Positions 41,304 through 54,904 of a DNA stretch of 64,000 nt are shown one piece after another. Every line of letters begins with the position of its first letter. The stretch's first letter is position 1. The position numbers and the translations under genes are program-made. The stretch comes from Octopus vulgaris. Its lineage: Eukaryota. The notes under the pieces are model-generated. The model saw only the letters and a list, made by a program, of their open reading frames with translations, made no database searches and was not told the origin of the DNA. The DNA is taken from NCBI GenBank assembly GCA_951406725.2, contig OX597836.1:34534001-34598000 (forward strand), in the 5' to 3' direction.

Positions 41304-41524
41304 CAGTGGTGGTGGTTGTGGTGGTGGTGGTATTGCTGGGTGGTAGAGGTGGTAGTAGTATCCGCAGAAGCAACAGCAGCAATAGCAGCAACAGCAGCAG
41401 CAGCAGTAGTAGAAGTAGTAGTAGTAGTAGCAGTAGTTGTCAGTGGTGGTGATGGTAGTGATGGTGGGATGGTAATAGTAGTAGTGCTGGTGGTGGTAGT
41501 GATAGTAGTAGTAGTAGTAGTAGT

Positions 41525-41593
<69 letters not shown>

Positions 41594-41909
41594 TGTTGTT
41601 GTTGTTGTAGTCAGTGGTGGTATTAGTGGATGGTAGTGGTAGTAGTAGCCACGGAAGTAACAGCAGCAGCAGCAGCAGTCGCAGCAGCAGCAGCAGCAGT
41701 AGAGCTGGGTGGAGTTCCCAATAAACTGGGAGATTCCTGTCAGCACTATTCCCTCTCACTGCTCGAACGCTTCAAGACTGAGCGGCTGTTTAACAGGAAT
41801 TCCATCATTTATACCATTTAATTGCCCCCTACGGACCAACATCTTTTCCTCTTCATATAACCTTCAGCATTCCAAGAAGGCAACGTGTTTACATACACAC
41901 ACACACACA

Positions 41910-41941
<32 letters not shown>

Positions 41942-41988
41942 TAGACACACATATATATATGTATGTATATATGTATACACACAAAACC

Positions 41989-42034
<46 letters not shown>

Positions 42035-42438
42035 ATATATATGTATGTATATATATGTATAATATATATATACACATATACATACATGCATATATATACA
42101 TACATATATCTATACATACATACACACATATATATATATATATATGCATAAATACATAAGTATTTTCATCATACATTCATAAATTAATACAAATCTATAA
42201 AAAGATAACCAAGCATACACACACACACACATATATATATACATACATACACACATGCATATATACACACATATATACTTACATATACATATTTATGCAT
42301 ATGAATTTGTACGTAGCATTTTGTATACGTTTATACCGTTTAATTATGTATATGTATATGCGTGTGTGTCCGTGTGTGCATGCATACATGTATGTGTGTG
42401 TGAACGCGTGTATGTGTATGTGTGTGAACGTGTATATG

Positions 42439-42501
<63 letters not shown>

Positions 42502-42967
42502 GACACACATATTTGGTCTATACACAACCTTTTGGCCATAATTCTGCCTCGTTTACAGAAGCTAATGAAATATGTATACCTTTACCATGCATAGGGAAAC
42601 ATAACTATGTCCCGGATTAAAGGTGCAACAGACATATCCTACTTCCTCTGCTTTAGTCAAGATTCTTCAGATTCCGTTCCATATTTATCATACACATTCA
42701 TAGAGCTGTAAATGATTTCATTTATTTTGAAATTTCTATTCAGTACTTTCATGATAAATTAATCGTTTTTTGATGAGTAAAGATTTGTGCTTCAATGTAC
42801 ACAAAACTACACACACACACTCAAACACTCACATATATATATATATATATTATTTTATATACAGGCATTTTTATTATATATATTTATATATAGGCCTCGC
42901 TGTGTGGTTTAAAAAATCGGCTTTACTTTCACTTGGTTTCCGGCTCACCTTCAGTGCACGACAGATG

Positions 42968-43044
<77 letters not shown>

Positions 43045-43257
43045 CGGAGATGTACTTGCATAGCAAGTGACCTAATCTGAGATCGTGTACTGAAGCAAAA
43101 ACAGTTGCAACGTGGAAGGTGGAAGGTGTTTATAAGCCATTTAAAAAACACAAAAACTTAAGACATATTAAATTTAAATGTTGAAGTGAATCTTACGGTT
43201 TTTGTGTTTTTTTAAATAGCTTATAAACACCTTCCACACTGCAATTGTTTGTGTATA

Positions 43258-43770
43258 TCTATATATATAAAACTCTAGTTGTGTGAGTGTCTGTCCTCTT
43301 CGATTTAGATTCCTAACTACTCCCACATTTTGCGGTGCAGTTTAACCAAATTCGGGTATCTTATAGTCGTGATTCATATCGAGCCCGTCTGGGTATTAGC
43401 GCGCGTCTACGATGAGTCTACGATTTTAAAAATAATTTAACATCATTTTTTATTCCATTTTAAGGCATAATTTTTCGTGTGTCGATGGCGGCGGAGTTGG
43501 CGTCCATGGTCACACCTGCACCTGTTTGCTTCTCCCCCTTCTTCCCTCCCTCGTGAAGCTGTGGGGAAGGGAGTGTAAGGAAATCAACGTCGTAAAGCGT
43601 TGTCAAGGAGACCAGCGTTCTTTTAGAACAACGACTTCATGGCTTGAAGACACCAAAACAGAAATGGCTAAGAAAGCCCGAATTGGCATCTATAAGGGAA
43701 GTAAGTCTCTAAAAATGCTTATATAGTTATTTCCCTTACAAACCCGAGCAACGCCGGGCGATACTGCTAG
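43258..43770 (+). mobile_element. Non-autonomous Helitron
   Basis: 5' TCTATATATATAAAA, 3' hairpin cccgagcaacgccggg followed by CTAG; A|T insertion site. Confidence 0.85.
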
Positions 43771-44115
43771 TATATAATAAAATTGCTAGCTTTGTGCTAA
43801 AATTTAAAACCAATGGAAATTTTGGTTTATATTGTTGTATTCTTAACAGAAGTGACGTTAACCTTAAAAGATTAGAACGAATTATAGTATACCAATGTCA
43901 TAGTAGTTATTATACAAACAAGTAAGGTGTTCAAAAAGTCTCTCCGCAGTGAGTTTTTTCATCTTGCGCATGCGCAACTTCGCTATCACTGCGTGAGCGT
44001 CCGGTGTTTGCCATTGTCGCTTAGTCATTGTGTACCCTTCAGCGTGTCGACATGCTAACCATTGAAGAACGTACGTTTTTAAAGTTGAATGGGTGTTTCG
44101 AGCTGGGAACAAATA

Positions 44116-44405
44116 GATCATCATCATCATTGTTTGCCTGTGGTCGAGACAATGGAATTTACTATGTTACGCCAGACTTCACGGTCCATCATAGCATTAC
44201 GGGTGTCCTGTCGCTGGATGCATGTATCCCTGGAGATTACATCAGGGTAGGAGAGTGTGCACCCTCTGGTATCGCGAGCAGATGGCTTCCAGAGGAGAAG
44301 AGTAGAAATTACCTCGTTTTCAGCTCTACAACAATGTCCAGCAAACTGGACTCTTCTACCTTTCACAAGAGATGATACAGGTTTCTGAGCCATATAGTAG
44401 AACAT
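44116..44405 (-). pseudogene. RTE-like LINE 3' fragment with (TGA)n tail
   Basis: VQFAGHCCRAENEVISTLLLWKPS...AMMDREVWRNIV; it interrupts the transposase fragment. Confidence 0.8.
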
Positions 44406-44776
44406 ATACACTGATACTGTGAAACAGAAGTTCAGTGAAACTTTTCCAAATACGGTTGTTCCACAACGTGACACTCTGTGGGATTTGATAAGAAAATTTA
44501 GAAACACAGGCTCAGTGAAAGATGCAGCAAGGAGCGATAGGCCTACTGTTCTTTCAGACGTAACACTCTCCAATATTTCTGATAAACTGTTGGCAAGCCC
44601 GTCAGAGGCCTTACACAAATTGTCACAAGAAACGGAAATCAGCCTAGGAAGTGCTCACACGGTAGTAAAAAAGAAATTAAATTTTATGAATTGAAAATGA
44701 AGGACGACATTTCCAACACCTCTTATAAAGTTTTTTAAAGTCTTGTAAAGTCTAATATATTCTTCTTTGTCTTATA

Positions 44777-45377
44777 CCTATTTCTTTACTACCCACAAGG
44801 GGCTAAACACAGAAGGGACAAACAAGGACAGACAAACGGATTAAGTCGATTATGTCGACCCCAGTGCATTACTGGTACTTAATTTATCGACCCCGAAAGG
44901 ATGAAAGGTAAAGTCGACCTTGGCGGAATTTGAACTCAGAACGTAGCAGCAGACGAAATACCTATTTCTTTACTACCCACAAGGGGCTAAACACAGAAGG
45001 GACAAACAAGGACAGACAAAGGGATTAAGTCGATTACATCGACCCCAGTGCATTACTGGTACTTAATTTATCGACCCCGAAAGGATGAAAGGTAAAGTCG
45101 ACCTTGGCGGAATTTGAACTCAGAACGTAGCAGCAGACGAAATACCTATTTCTTTACTATCCACAAGGGGCTAACCACAGAAGGGACAAACAAGGACAGA
45201 CAAACGGATTAAGTCGATTATGTCGACCCCAGTGCATTACTGGTACTTAATTTATCGACCCCGAAAGGATGAAAGGCAAAGTTGACCTCGGCGGAATTTG
45301 AACTCAGAACGTAGCGACAGATGAAATACTGCTGAATATTTCGCCCGGCGTGATAACGTTTCTGCCAGCTCACCGCT
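44777..45377 (-). mobile_element. SINE family B trimer
   Basis: 184-bp units at 44777, 44961 and 45145 with a single head. Confidence 0.92.
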
Positions 45378-45720
45378 TTTTCATCTTATAAATATTTATT
45401 TTGCAATAAAATGCTTACTGCGGAGAGACTTTTTGAACACCCTATATAATATAGGGATGCCTAAAGTATGCCTGAAGTATGTCTGACTATATTACGTAGA
45501 CATCGGTATGATAGTACAATATAGTGATGTAGTTAGTAACCTAACCTAACCAACACAAACTTTGTCACTTGCATAAGAAAATCGTAACAGAAAATTAGGT
45601 TAATAGATTTTCCAGGTTCGGCTGTGTTCTGTGAAATATGTATCAAAATCGTACACAAAACACACGTACACGGATACATACATACACACATACATACATG
45701 CATACATACATACACACATG

Positions 45721-45756
<36 letters not shown>

Positions 45757-45819
45757 CATATATATATACATATATATATATATATACATATACATACATA
45801 TATATATACATATACATAC

Positions 45820-45856
<37 letters not shown>

Positions 45857-45877
45857 CATACATATATATATATATAC

Positions 45878-45966
<89 letters not shown>

Positions 45967-46363
45967 TAGAGGCATACATCCAGACGGAGATACCGAAACA
46001 CATACGCATTAATGCACTCATACAAAACCACGCGTAAAGTCATACGTGCATGCACGCATGCGCACATACAAATTCACACATATACGTATTTATATAGGTA
46101 CTCATAGTCAGACTCTATACACTTCTACGATGAACGTGTACTGAACATTTGTATATTTTCACACAGTGTATATGCGTCTCTGTGTGTATACATATGTGTG
46201 TGCGTGTGTATGAATATATATATGCATACACACACATTTGGATATATAAAAAAGAGCACTGTTAGTTATGTGTATATTGTCAGTATACACAGGTGTGTGC
46301 ATATATATATAAGTATAAATATATATATTATACATGTATAAGTACAGACATACATGTATACAT

Positions 46364-46409
<46 letters not shown>

Positions 46410-46416
<7 letters not shown>

Positions 46417-47350
46417 ATCCAAACAAGAAAACAAAAAGACAACAACGCAAGGATGTGGAACAAATAAAGTATTATTGGACGCTCAGGAAAGAAAGGAAGA
46501 AGGAGGGCTTGACGTTTCGAGTGGAACTCTTCGTCGGAAACATAGGAGAAAGAAAGATCCCGAGACGGGAGGACAGAGGAAAAAAAATTGCAGGTAGTAT
46601 CCACGAGGTCACATACTGAAAAGACGGAAGTGGTAAAAAAGGAGGAAAATGTTTTTAAAAACAAGAGAGCTGAATCAAAGAAAGAATGGTAAAAAAGGTG
46701 TGCGAGATGACAAGGGTGTGTGTGTGAGTGTGTGCGTGTGTGTGTATGTGTGTGTATGGTGGACAATGGCTAAGGGAGGTATGTGTGTGTGCGTGTATAT
46801 GTATCGTGTGTGTGTTTTGTTGTAGTATGTGTGTGTGTACGTGTGCGTTTTTTGTGTATGGCGAGTGACTGTGCTTAACTTAGTGTATGTGTGCGTGTGT
46901 GCTTGTACGTGCGTGTGTGTGTATATATACGTATGTATAATTGTGTGCGTGTATGTATGTGTGTGCGTGTATGTATGGTTGTGTGCCGTATGGGATCTAT
47001 GTGTGGGTTCATTTGTGTGTGTGTGCGTGTGAGTGTGTATGTATGTGCGTGTAGTTGTGTGTGCGTGTATGTGTGCGTTTGTATGTGTGTGTAAGCGTAA
47101 ATGGATGTATATGCGTGTATCCGTGGGGTTGTGAGTTTCTTTTGCGCGTGTGCGTGCGTAAGTGTGCGCATGTTTTGGTGTGCGTATGTATGTGCGTGTC
47201 TGTGCTTATATGTGTGTACGTATGTGTATGTGTGCGTGCGCGTGGAGGTATATGTTGTGTGTATGTATATGTGTCGGTGTGTGTGTGAATTAGTGTGTGT
47301 TTGTACGTGTGTATGTGTGTGTGCGTGTATTGTATATATATGTAAATGTG
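46410..47350 (-). mobile_element. Second copy of CA-rich body + CCGACGA hammerhead-like element
   Basis: 46410-46715 is homologous to 17460-17760; motif at 46511-46537; a GT-rich degenerate tract follows. Confidence 0.6.
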
Positions 47351-47379
47351 TGTGTATATATATATATATATACACACAT

Positions 47380-47418
<39 letters not shown>

Positions 47419-47467
47419 GCAATAATAAATCTAGGGTTAGTCACATTTAAGTGGCAAATATACTTCA

Positions 47468-47539
<72 letters not shown>

Positions 47540-47542
<3 letters not shown>

Positions 47543-47668
47543 CCAAATAAGCAACAAGGATATCCAAGATAGTGTAGTACAATCGTTTCACGCTACTTCA
47601 TTTTATTAAACGTAGCATGAAACGATTGTACTACACTACCTTGGATATCCTTGTTGCTTATTCGGATT
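47540..47668. repeat. Inverted repeat (57-bp arms) of a PLE-like terminus
   Basis: Arms 47540-47596 / 47612-47668; the arm resembles 60020-60085. Confidence 0.85.
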
Positions 47669-48475
47669 GTAATCACCCCATTTGATTTATACCAAATTCT
47701 GTTGCCTTTAACTTAAGTACCATATTCATCTGAATCTAAATTTTGCTGAACATCGTTAATTAATAAAACATATATCAGAAAAGAAACATATTCTAAAGAA
47801 TAGAGCAGTAATTATTACAAGAACAATTTAAATTTTGGACTTAAACTTACCAAAGTTTTCTTATCCACAATGCCAAAAAATCTTAATTTTCTACGTTGCG
47901 GACGTGAGGAAAAACGCTCGGAAATCGAGAGAGGTACAAGGATAAATATAGATAGATATACATGTGAATGCGTTTGTTTGTGTGTTTGCGTGTACGTATA
48001 TGTGTGTGTGTATGTGTGTGTGTGTGAGTGTGTGTGTGTGTGTGTGAGAGTGTGTGTATGTGTGCATATACGAACCAAATGTTCAATGGGGTGTTGGGTC
48101 CTTTCGCGTCGGCTCATGCGCAACCGGTTACTAATATTTTCTTTGCAGCTGAAACGATAGATGCCAGCGCATGTTACAATGTACGTCTCAGTTCAGTTTA
48201 TAAGCCTCATTTCCCACTGGCTTCTATGCTTATAATTTTTGGTACGATTCATATTGAGATGTATTAGTTTTTGCTTATTAAAAATCTTTAGTTTTGTCAT
48301 ACTATAAACATGTCTCTTAAAATGCTTTTGCATCAGAGTTATTAAAAGGTATTGGTGTAATCATGGTAATGTTCACTGGATATATCTAAGAAGCTGGATT
48401 CAGATAATTCTAGGCCCTTACTTCTAGGGCTGAGTTTTATTTTTTTATGTCGTTGCGATAGGAGGATGTGTTGCT

Positions 48476-48900
48476 GATCTTTTCGGTTTGAACGGCAGTT
48501 TTTAAAATAATTTCCACGTAACTAAACACTTTTAAACTTCGTATACAGGGAGAATGTGTTTATAAAACATCTTTTTCTCTTGGCTTTATTGAGAAAATTT
48601 TATAGTTTGTAAGATATTTGGTCTTTAATTTCTTGCATTTCGGCAATTTCAACCAATCAATGACGTCTATTGAGGTGAAAACATTCTGTGCCGTATGAAT
48701 ATGTCCCTCGTTTAAGAAACAGATTGGGTTTATTTACATTTCTGAAGAAAAAAAGATACCTTCCCCCCACCCCTAACCCTAACTCTAACCCTAATCCTAA
48801 AACAGATTGAAATGCAATAAATCGGTACTAGGGTCATAATTATGGGTGACAATTTCATATGACACCGTTAGAAAAACTGCCGTTCAAACCGAAAAGATCC
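48476..48900. mobile_element. GG-terminated MITE, second copy
   Basis: Collinear with 10927-11347; carries ccctaaccctaactctaaccctaatcctaa. Confidence 0.9.
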
Positions 48901-50354
48901 GGGTGTGTCGCTGATCTCAAAGTTGTAGATAAAAGCTTCTCTGTGAGACTACATGTACTTGCTCAAGTGTGTGGATACGTGGTTTAGAATGTTGCTTGCA
49001 TGAGAGCAAGATTGTGGTTCCGATCCAGAGAGCGACCGGTCCGTTGGGTTCTTGAACAAAACCCTTCATTTCACGTTGCTTTTGCCATCCCCCGCAACAG
49101 CTAACATGCAGCACACCGTGCAACTAAACGTGAATGGAATAATAACACCACCGTCCCATTCCAGCACACTATGCAACCTGACGATTAAAACAGAATGAGG
49201 AAAAATAAATAAATGATATGGGTGCTAATAGTGTAATATACAAACCCTTATATATGCATACAAGACACACATACACATACTAAAGACAGAATGAGAAAGA
49301 GAAAATATATAAATAAAAGACATGGATACATGTGTGTATATACAAATGCATATACATACACACATAGGTCACACATACGAAACACACGCGCGCGCGCCAC
49401 AGATACAAACACAAATACATATGCAGATAGGGATACATACCATAGAACAAAATGAAATCTCGGCCTTTATTTCTAGGGGTGAGTTTTATTTTTTTTCGTC
49501 GTAGCAGTAAGAAGATGTCTCACTGATATCGAAGTCGAAGAGGAAAGCTTTTCCGTTTGACTACATATACTTTTTCAAGTGTGAGGGCAAGTGGTCTAAA
49601 GTTTAGAGTGTTGCTCTCACGAGAGCAAGATTGTGGTTGCGGTTCAGAGAGCGACCGGTGCGTTGAGTTCTTGAACAAAACATCTTCGTCTCACGTTCCT
49701 CTTGCGATCCTCCACAACAGCTAACATGCGGCACACCGTGCAACTGTACAAGATGATATGGATTTTCGGATGTGCTGCACAAACATTTGCTTATAAACAA
49801 ATCATTTGTGCAAGTTATTCAGTTAGAAAATGCAGAACTCTCATCTGTCGTCTACGACAGGAGAACTCATGGCTTTTCCTAATAGCTTTTTCATACACTA
49901 TTTATTAGATGGAATACAGATATCTTTTTTAGAAAGGGTTAAGTTGTATAGATCCCTATTTTATTCTACTTTTTTATGTTCTAGCTACTAAGATTGTTCT
50001 ACTATGAACTACGCTGTTGTTTATCACAAGACATACAATATCTTATATAACATGAATTTAAAACGTCGCTTCATGAAATAAGAATATTTTCTACTCTAGG
50101 CGCAAGGCCCAAAAACTTTGGGGAGGGGGCAGTAGATTAGATCGAACCCGGTACGCAATTGGCACTTAATTTATCGACCCCAAAAGAATAAAAGGCAAAG
50201 TCGACCTCGGCGGAATTTGAACTCAGAATATAAAGACACACGAATGAAATAAGAATATTGTCATAATAATTAGCAGGTGTTTGTTAGAGCAAAATAGAGT
50301 ACTCAATACAATAATACGGCAAAATTTATAAATCATATATATTTATATGTTATA

Positions 50355-50521
50355 GGTGCAGGTGTGGCTGTTTGGTAAGAAGCTTACTTCCCAGCCACAC
50401 GGTTCCAGGTTCAGTCCTACTGCGCGGTGCCTTGGGCAATAATCTTCTACTGTAGCCTCAGGCCGACCAAAGCCTTTTGAGTGGGTTTCGTAGACGGAAA
50501 CTGAAAGAAGGTCGTCGTATA

Positions 50522-50609
<88 letters not shown>

Positions 50610-51105
50610 CTCGTGAATTTCATCACACACAACATGGAAAAAATATATATTCAAATAAGTAAAACATAATATCATGAATAGCGATAGCGAAACCGGTCGA
50701 TATATTAAAAATTATATTAAAACTATGTAAGTGTGCGTATTTTCTTTTTTAATTTCTTATATATATATATATATATACATATATATATACATACACATAC
50801 ATAATACATACATACACACATATACACATATGTATTTATGTGTGTGTGTGTGTGTCGCGCGCGTGTGTCTGTGTGTTGTGTGTGGGGCGCGTGTGTCTGT
50901 GTGTCTGTGTTTGTCCCCTGCTATCGCTTGACAACTGATTCTGGTGCATTTATGTTTGCGTAACCTAGCGGTTCGGCAAAAGAGACCGTTAGAATAAGTA
51001 ATAGGCTTCCAAAGAATAAGTTATGGGGTCGATTTCTTCGACTAAACTCTTTAAGGTGGTGCTCCAGCATGACCACAGTCAAATGACTGAAACAAGTAAC
51101 AGAAT
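50355..51105 (+). mobile_element. SINE family A with expanded internal microsatellite and a nested ~150-bp element
   Basis: Head 50355-50520, tail 50895-51105, insert 50605-50760. Confidence 0.8.
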
Positions 51106-51308
51106 AACAGAATAACAGAATAACAGAATTGTCATATAGTCCGTTAATGATAATACATAGTGATTTCAAGTGTCATGTCCATGAAATACTAAACGGTCAT
51201 CGGACAACAAATATGTTATCGAAATATTTGCCAGATTTATATCTTGTTAATATGTAGAGTTTCAGGTAACTAATTTTGTGTTGACTGTCGTAAGAGTTAC
51301 ATCACCTT

Positions 51309-51530
51309 ATACAATAATCCCTCGCCATATCGCGGTTCACTTATCGCGGTTTATTATCTAAGCTTACGTTGATTCCTCCGTGATGTTGTTTTGCATTTAT
51401 AATAAAATAAATATATACAAATTATAGAAATAATTAAGAAACATAGAGTATTGTTTATACTTCGCGGATTTTCACCTATCCTGGGGCGTTTTTGGAACGT
51501 AACCCCCGCGATAGTTGAGGGATTACTGTA
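51309..51530. mobile_element. Tigger/pogo-like MITE
   Basis: TA-caataatccctc ... gagggattactg-TA termini. Confidence 0.75.
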
Positions 51531-51570
<40 letters not shown>

Positions 51571-52798
51571 CGGAGTACGTTAATTCCCTTGGTTGGTTAA
51601 ACATCTTCACTTTTCTCATGTATAATGAAGATAGAAAAAAAACAGAACCTTGCAAAGTTGGACTGTTGAATTAAAAGAGCTGTTCACCTAACAGACTACT
51701 TCGCCCTTACTCTCCGCTGGTTTTCACTCACAAGGTTTTGTACCAAAACAAGTCTGTAGTAAAAAAAAAAGCACCTGCCTTACATGCATGCACCAAGTAA
51801 TATTGAACTCAGGACCTTATAGACGCTAGATGAAATTCATACTTATATGTGATGGTGTTCTCTCGTAATCCGGGAAGGACGGTTCTGTCATGCCAATCTG
51901 CACAAATGATTTGTTTATAGTGTTTATAGTGTTGTACATTAACTCACTCCCTTCATCAAATCGACATTGCCTGAAGAGGTGCGCAGTGTACAATACATCA
52001 GGTGTCGAAGCGATCGCGGAGCAACGTGAGACGAACACAACACGCTAGCCGATCCAGGAATTGAAACTACGATGTCACAAACGTGAGTGCAACGCCTAAA
52101 CTACTTGGCTATCTGCCCTCACTCAATATATATATAAACATATACACGCACAGACGAACACACACTTACGCAACTCTATTCAAAGTACGCATAGGCTAGG
52201 GAAGAGATGTCGGTAGAGCTTTATTATAACTAATGCTGCAGATAAGGGTTGTGATGTGTGGTCAAAAGTAGTATGAAAGACAGAGGGATTTGTAAGAACT
52301 GAGGCAAGAGCCGAGAGAAAGCTATCGCCACCACCACCACCACCACCACCACCACCACCACCACCACCACCATCACCACCACCACCACCACCACCACCAT
52401 CACTACCGCCACCGCCACCGCCACGCTCACCACAACCACCAACACCGATAAGACGCAATAAATCAGATAAAAGTGTCTGCAGTAGGTACCCTGAGGCAGC
52501 GGTACACACACACTCACACGTATACACACACACACACACACTCACATGTATACACACATACGCATACACACACACTCACAAGCGCACACGTCATGTATAT
52601 AAACTATATAAACTTTTACACACCCAAACATGCACTCACATAAGATGGGCACATATATATATAGTCGCATATATATACAAGTAAACATATATTTACATAT
52701 GTGATTACACACATATATACACAAGCATGCACACAGATTCACGAATATAAATACACCACCACACACATATACATATACACACACACACACACATATAT

Positions 52799-53185
52799 AT
52801 ATAAATACAGTGCACATTTAAGCACATAAGAGGTAGCCATCATAGGACTACCACACGCTAGAGAGGACAGTTAAATTCCGAACCACTATTAGGGATAAAA
52901 TTTCGAAGGAAATGAAAAATGAAAACATTTACCATCTAACTCCTGGACAAATGGTTTCAAACTTTTTTTTAGCAAATAAAATAATTTGCTAGGCGAAGAC
53001 TTCTTCAGCAAATTATTTTATTTCCTTAAAAAAAATTTGAAACCATTGGTCCAGGAGTTTTTATTTTTCATTCCCTTCGAAATTTTATCACTAATAGTGG
53101 TTCTGAATTTAACTCTCCTCTCTAGCGTGTAGGTAGTCCTATGATGGCTGCGTCTTATATGCTTATATGTACACTGTATTTATAT
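52799..53185. repeat. Long inverted repeat, ~180-190-bp arms
   Basis: Arms 52799-52990 / 53007-53185, moderately diverged, 16-nt spacer. Confidence 0.9.
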
Positions 53186-53265
53186 GAATGATATATAGTC
53201 TATTGACTATATATTATTCCAATGGTAATGGAAATTTCTAATATTTCCGATTGCCCTTTGATAAT

Positions 53266-53323
<58 letters not shown>

Positions 53324-53411
53324 AACGTGCGCGCATTTATATTACATATGTATAATATATATGTAAAGCTGTGTGTGTATGTATATGTGTATATATATGT
53401 ATGTGTGTATG

Positions 53412-53455
<44 letters not shown>

Positions 53456-53515
53456 TTTATCTATCTATGCACACACACACGAATAGCAGGTCCTCGTAAA
53501 GTGAGGTATTATTGT

Positions 53516-53608
<93 letters not shown>

Positions 53609-54832
53609 TGGTTTTGGTTTGTTTACGTCCCTCTAGCAATAGCGGTTTGGCACAATACTCCGATCGAACATGTAACAGGCTTTAAAAATAATTACTGGGG
53701 TTGATTTGTTTGACTAAACAAACCATTCAGAGAAACGGTGCTCCAGCATGGCCGCATTCCCAGTGTCTGAAATGGATAAAAGATAAACGAAAAGAATCGG
53801 TTTTTTTTACTGCGTTGCTCTTATATTTACGTTTCTAGTACAATCTGTATTTACGACGAATCGTTGTTTGTGTCGGATATTTCTTCGTTGCGCACATTGT
53901 TAAAATTTGTTTCAATAAAGATGTCTTCTGCAGCATAAATAATCGCTTCAACTGCTGATGCATTTGAGAGTGCATAAATTTCTGTCTCTGCATGTGCAGT
54001 TAGCATCAGTTAATTAAGATGCTTCAGGTGTTAAAATATTTAATCATGTTGAAAGTGAACTCTTTCAACACAGAAGACAACTTTTATTAAATAGTTTTCT
54101 GCAGGAATGATAGATTGCAAAGTTAGGGAACTCTAAACAGTATTAAAAGCAAAGTAGGTGTAACTCAAATGATGTTATCTTAATTCTTCTTATTTAAAAG
54201 AAACGGTGATATAGAAATATGTCTAGCCTATTTTCCCTTCGTTTTGGGAGGGGCGGGGGTTTACGTTTCTCTTGTCATATTTTATATTTGGTTGTGATCT
54301 TTATCTTTGATACACACACACACATACGCGCGCATACACGTGTGTGTGTGTGTTCTAGTCCCACGGAGTAGTTGAAACAGGGACAACTGAAGAAGGGGAA
54401 TATTCTTTATGTTGTATGGCTCGTTTCTCTAGGGTTTTTCCGTTGTTCGAAAAAAGGTTCGTTTCTGTGTTTTTGTTTTTATGTTTTCGTTTCTCATTGT
54501 GTTCAACTATTTTTGATGTCCTGTACCCATATATGCATGTTTATATACATATATATGTTTGTATATACATATATATATATCTATATATGCATATGTTTAT
54601 ATATTATTTATAATATTATTATATGATCGAATGCCATGCATCCTTTTCCAAGTAAGTTTTATCTATCTATCTTATTTCTTTATTACCCACAAGGGGCTAA
54701 ACATAGAGGGGACAAACAAGGACAGACAAAGGGATTAAGTCGATTAACATCGACCCCATTGCGAAACTGGTACTTAATTTATCGACCCCGAAAGGATGAA
54801 AGGCAAAGTCAACCTCAACTTATGGACAGTAC

Positions 54833-54903
<71 letters not shown>

Positions 54904-54904
<1 letters not shown>

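Larger units (their letters stand above)
43925..45443 (+). mobile_element. Internally deleted Tc1/mariner-family transposon with nested insertions
   Basis: TIRs ggtgttcaaaaagtctctccgcagt / actgcggagagactttttgaacacc. N-terminal HTH fragment MLTIEERTFL...KFSETFPNTVVPQRDTLWDLIRKFRNTGSVKDAARSDRPTV. Confidence 0.85.

Noticed and set aside
40770-41885. Unique-looking stretches 40770-40990 and 41700-41885 as exons
   Set aside because: No convincing splice-site pair or protein motif; probably TE decay.
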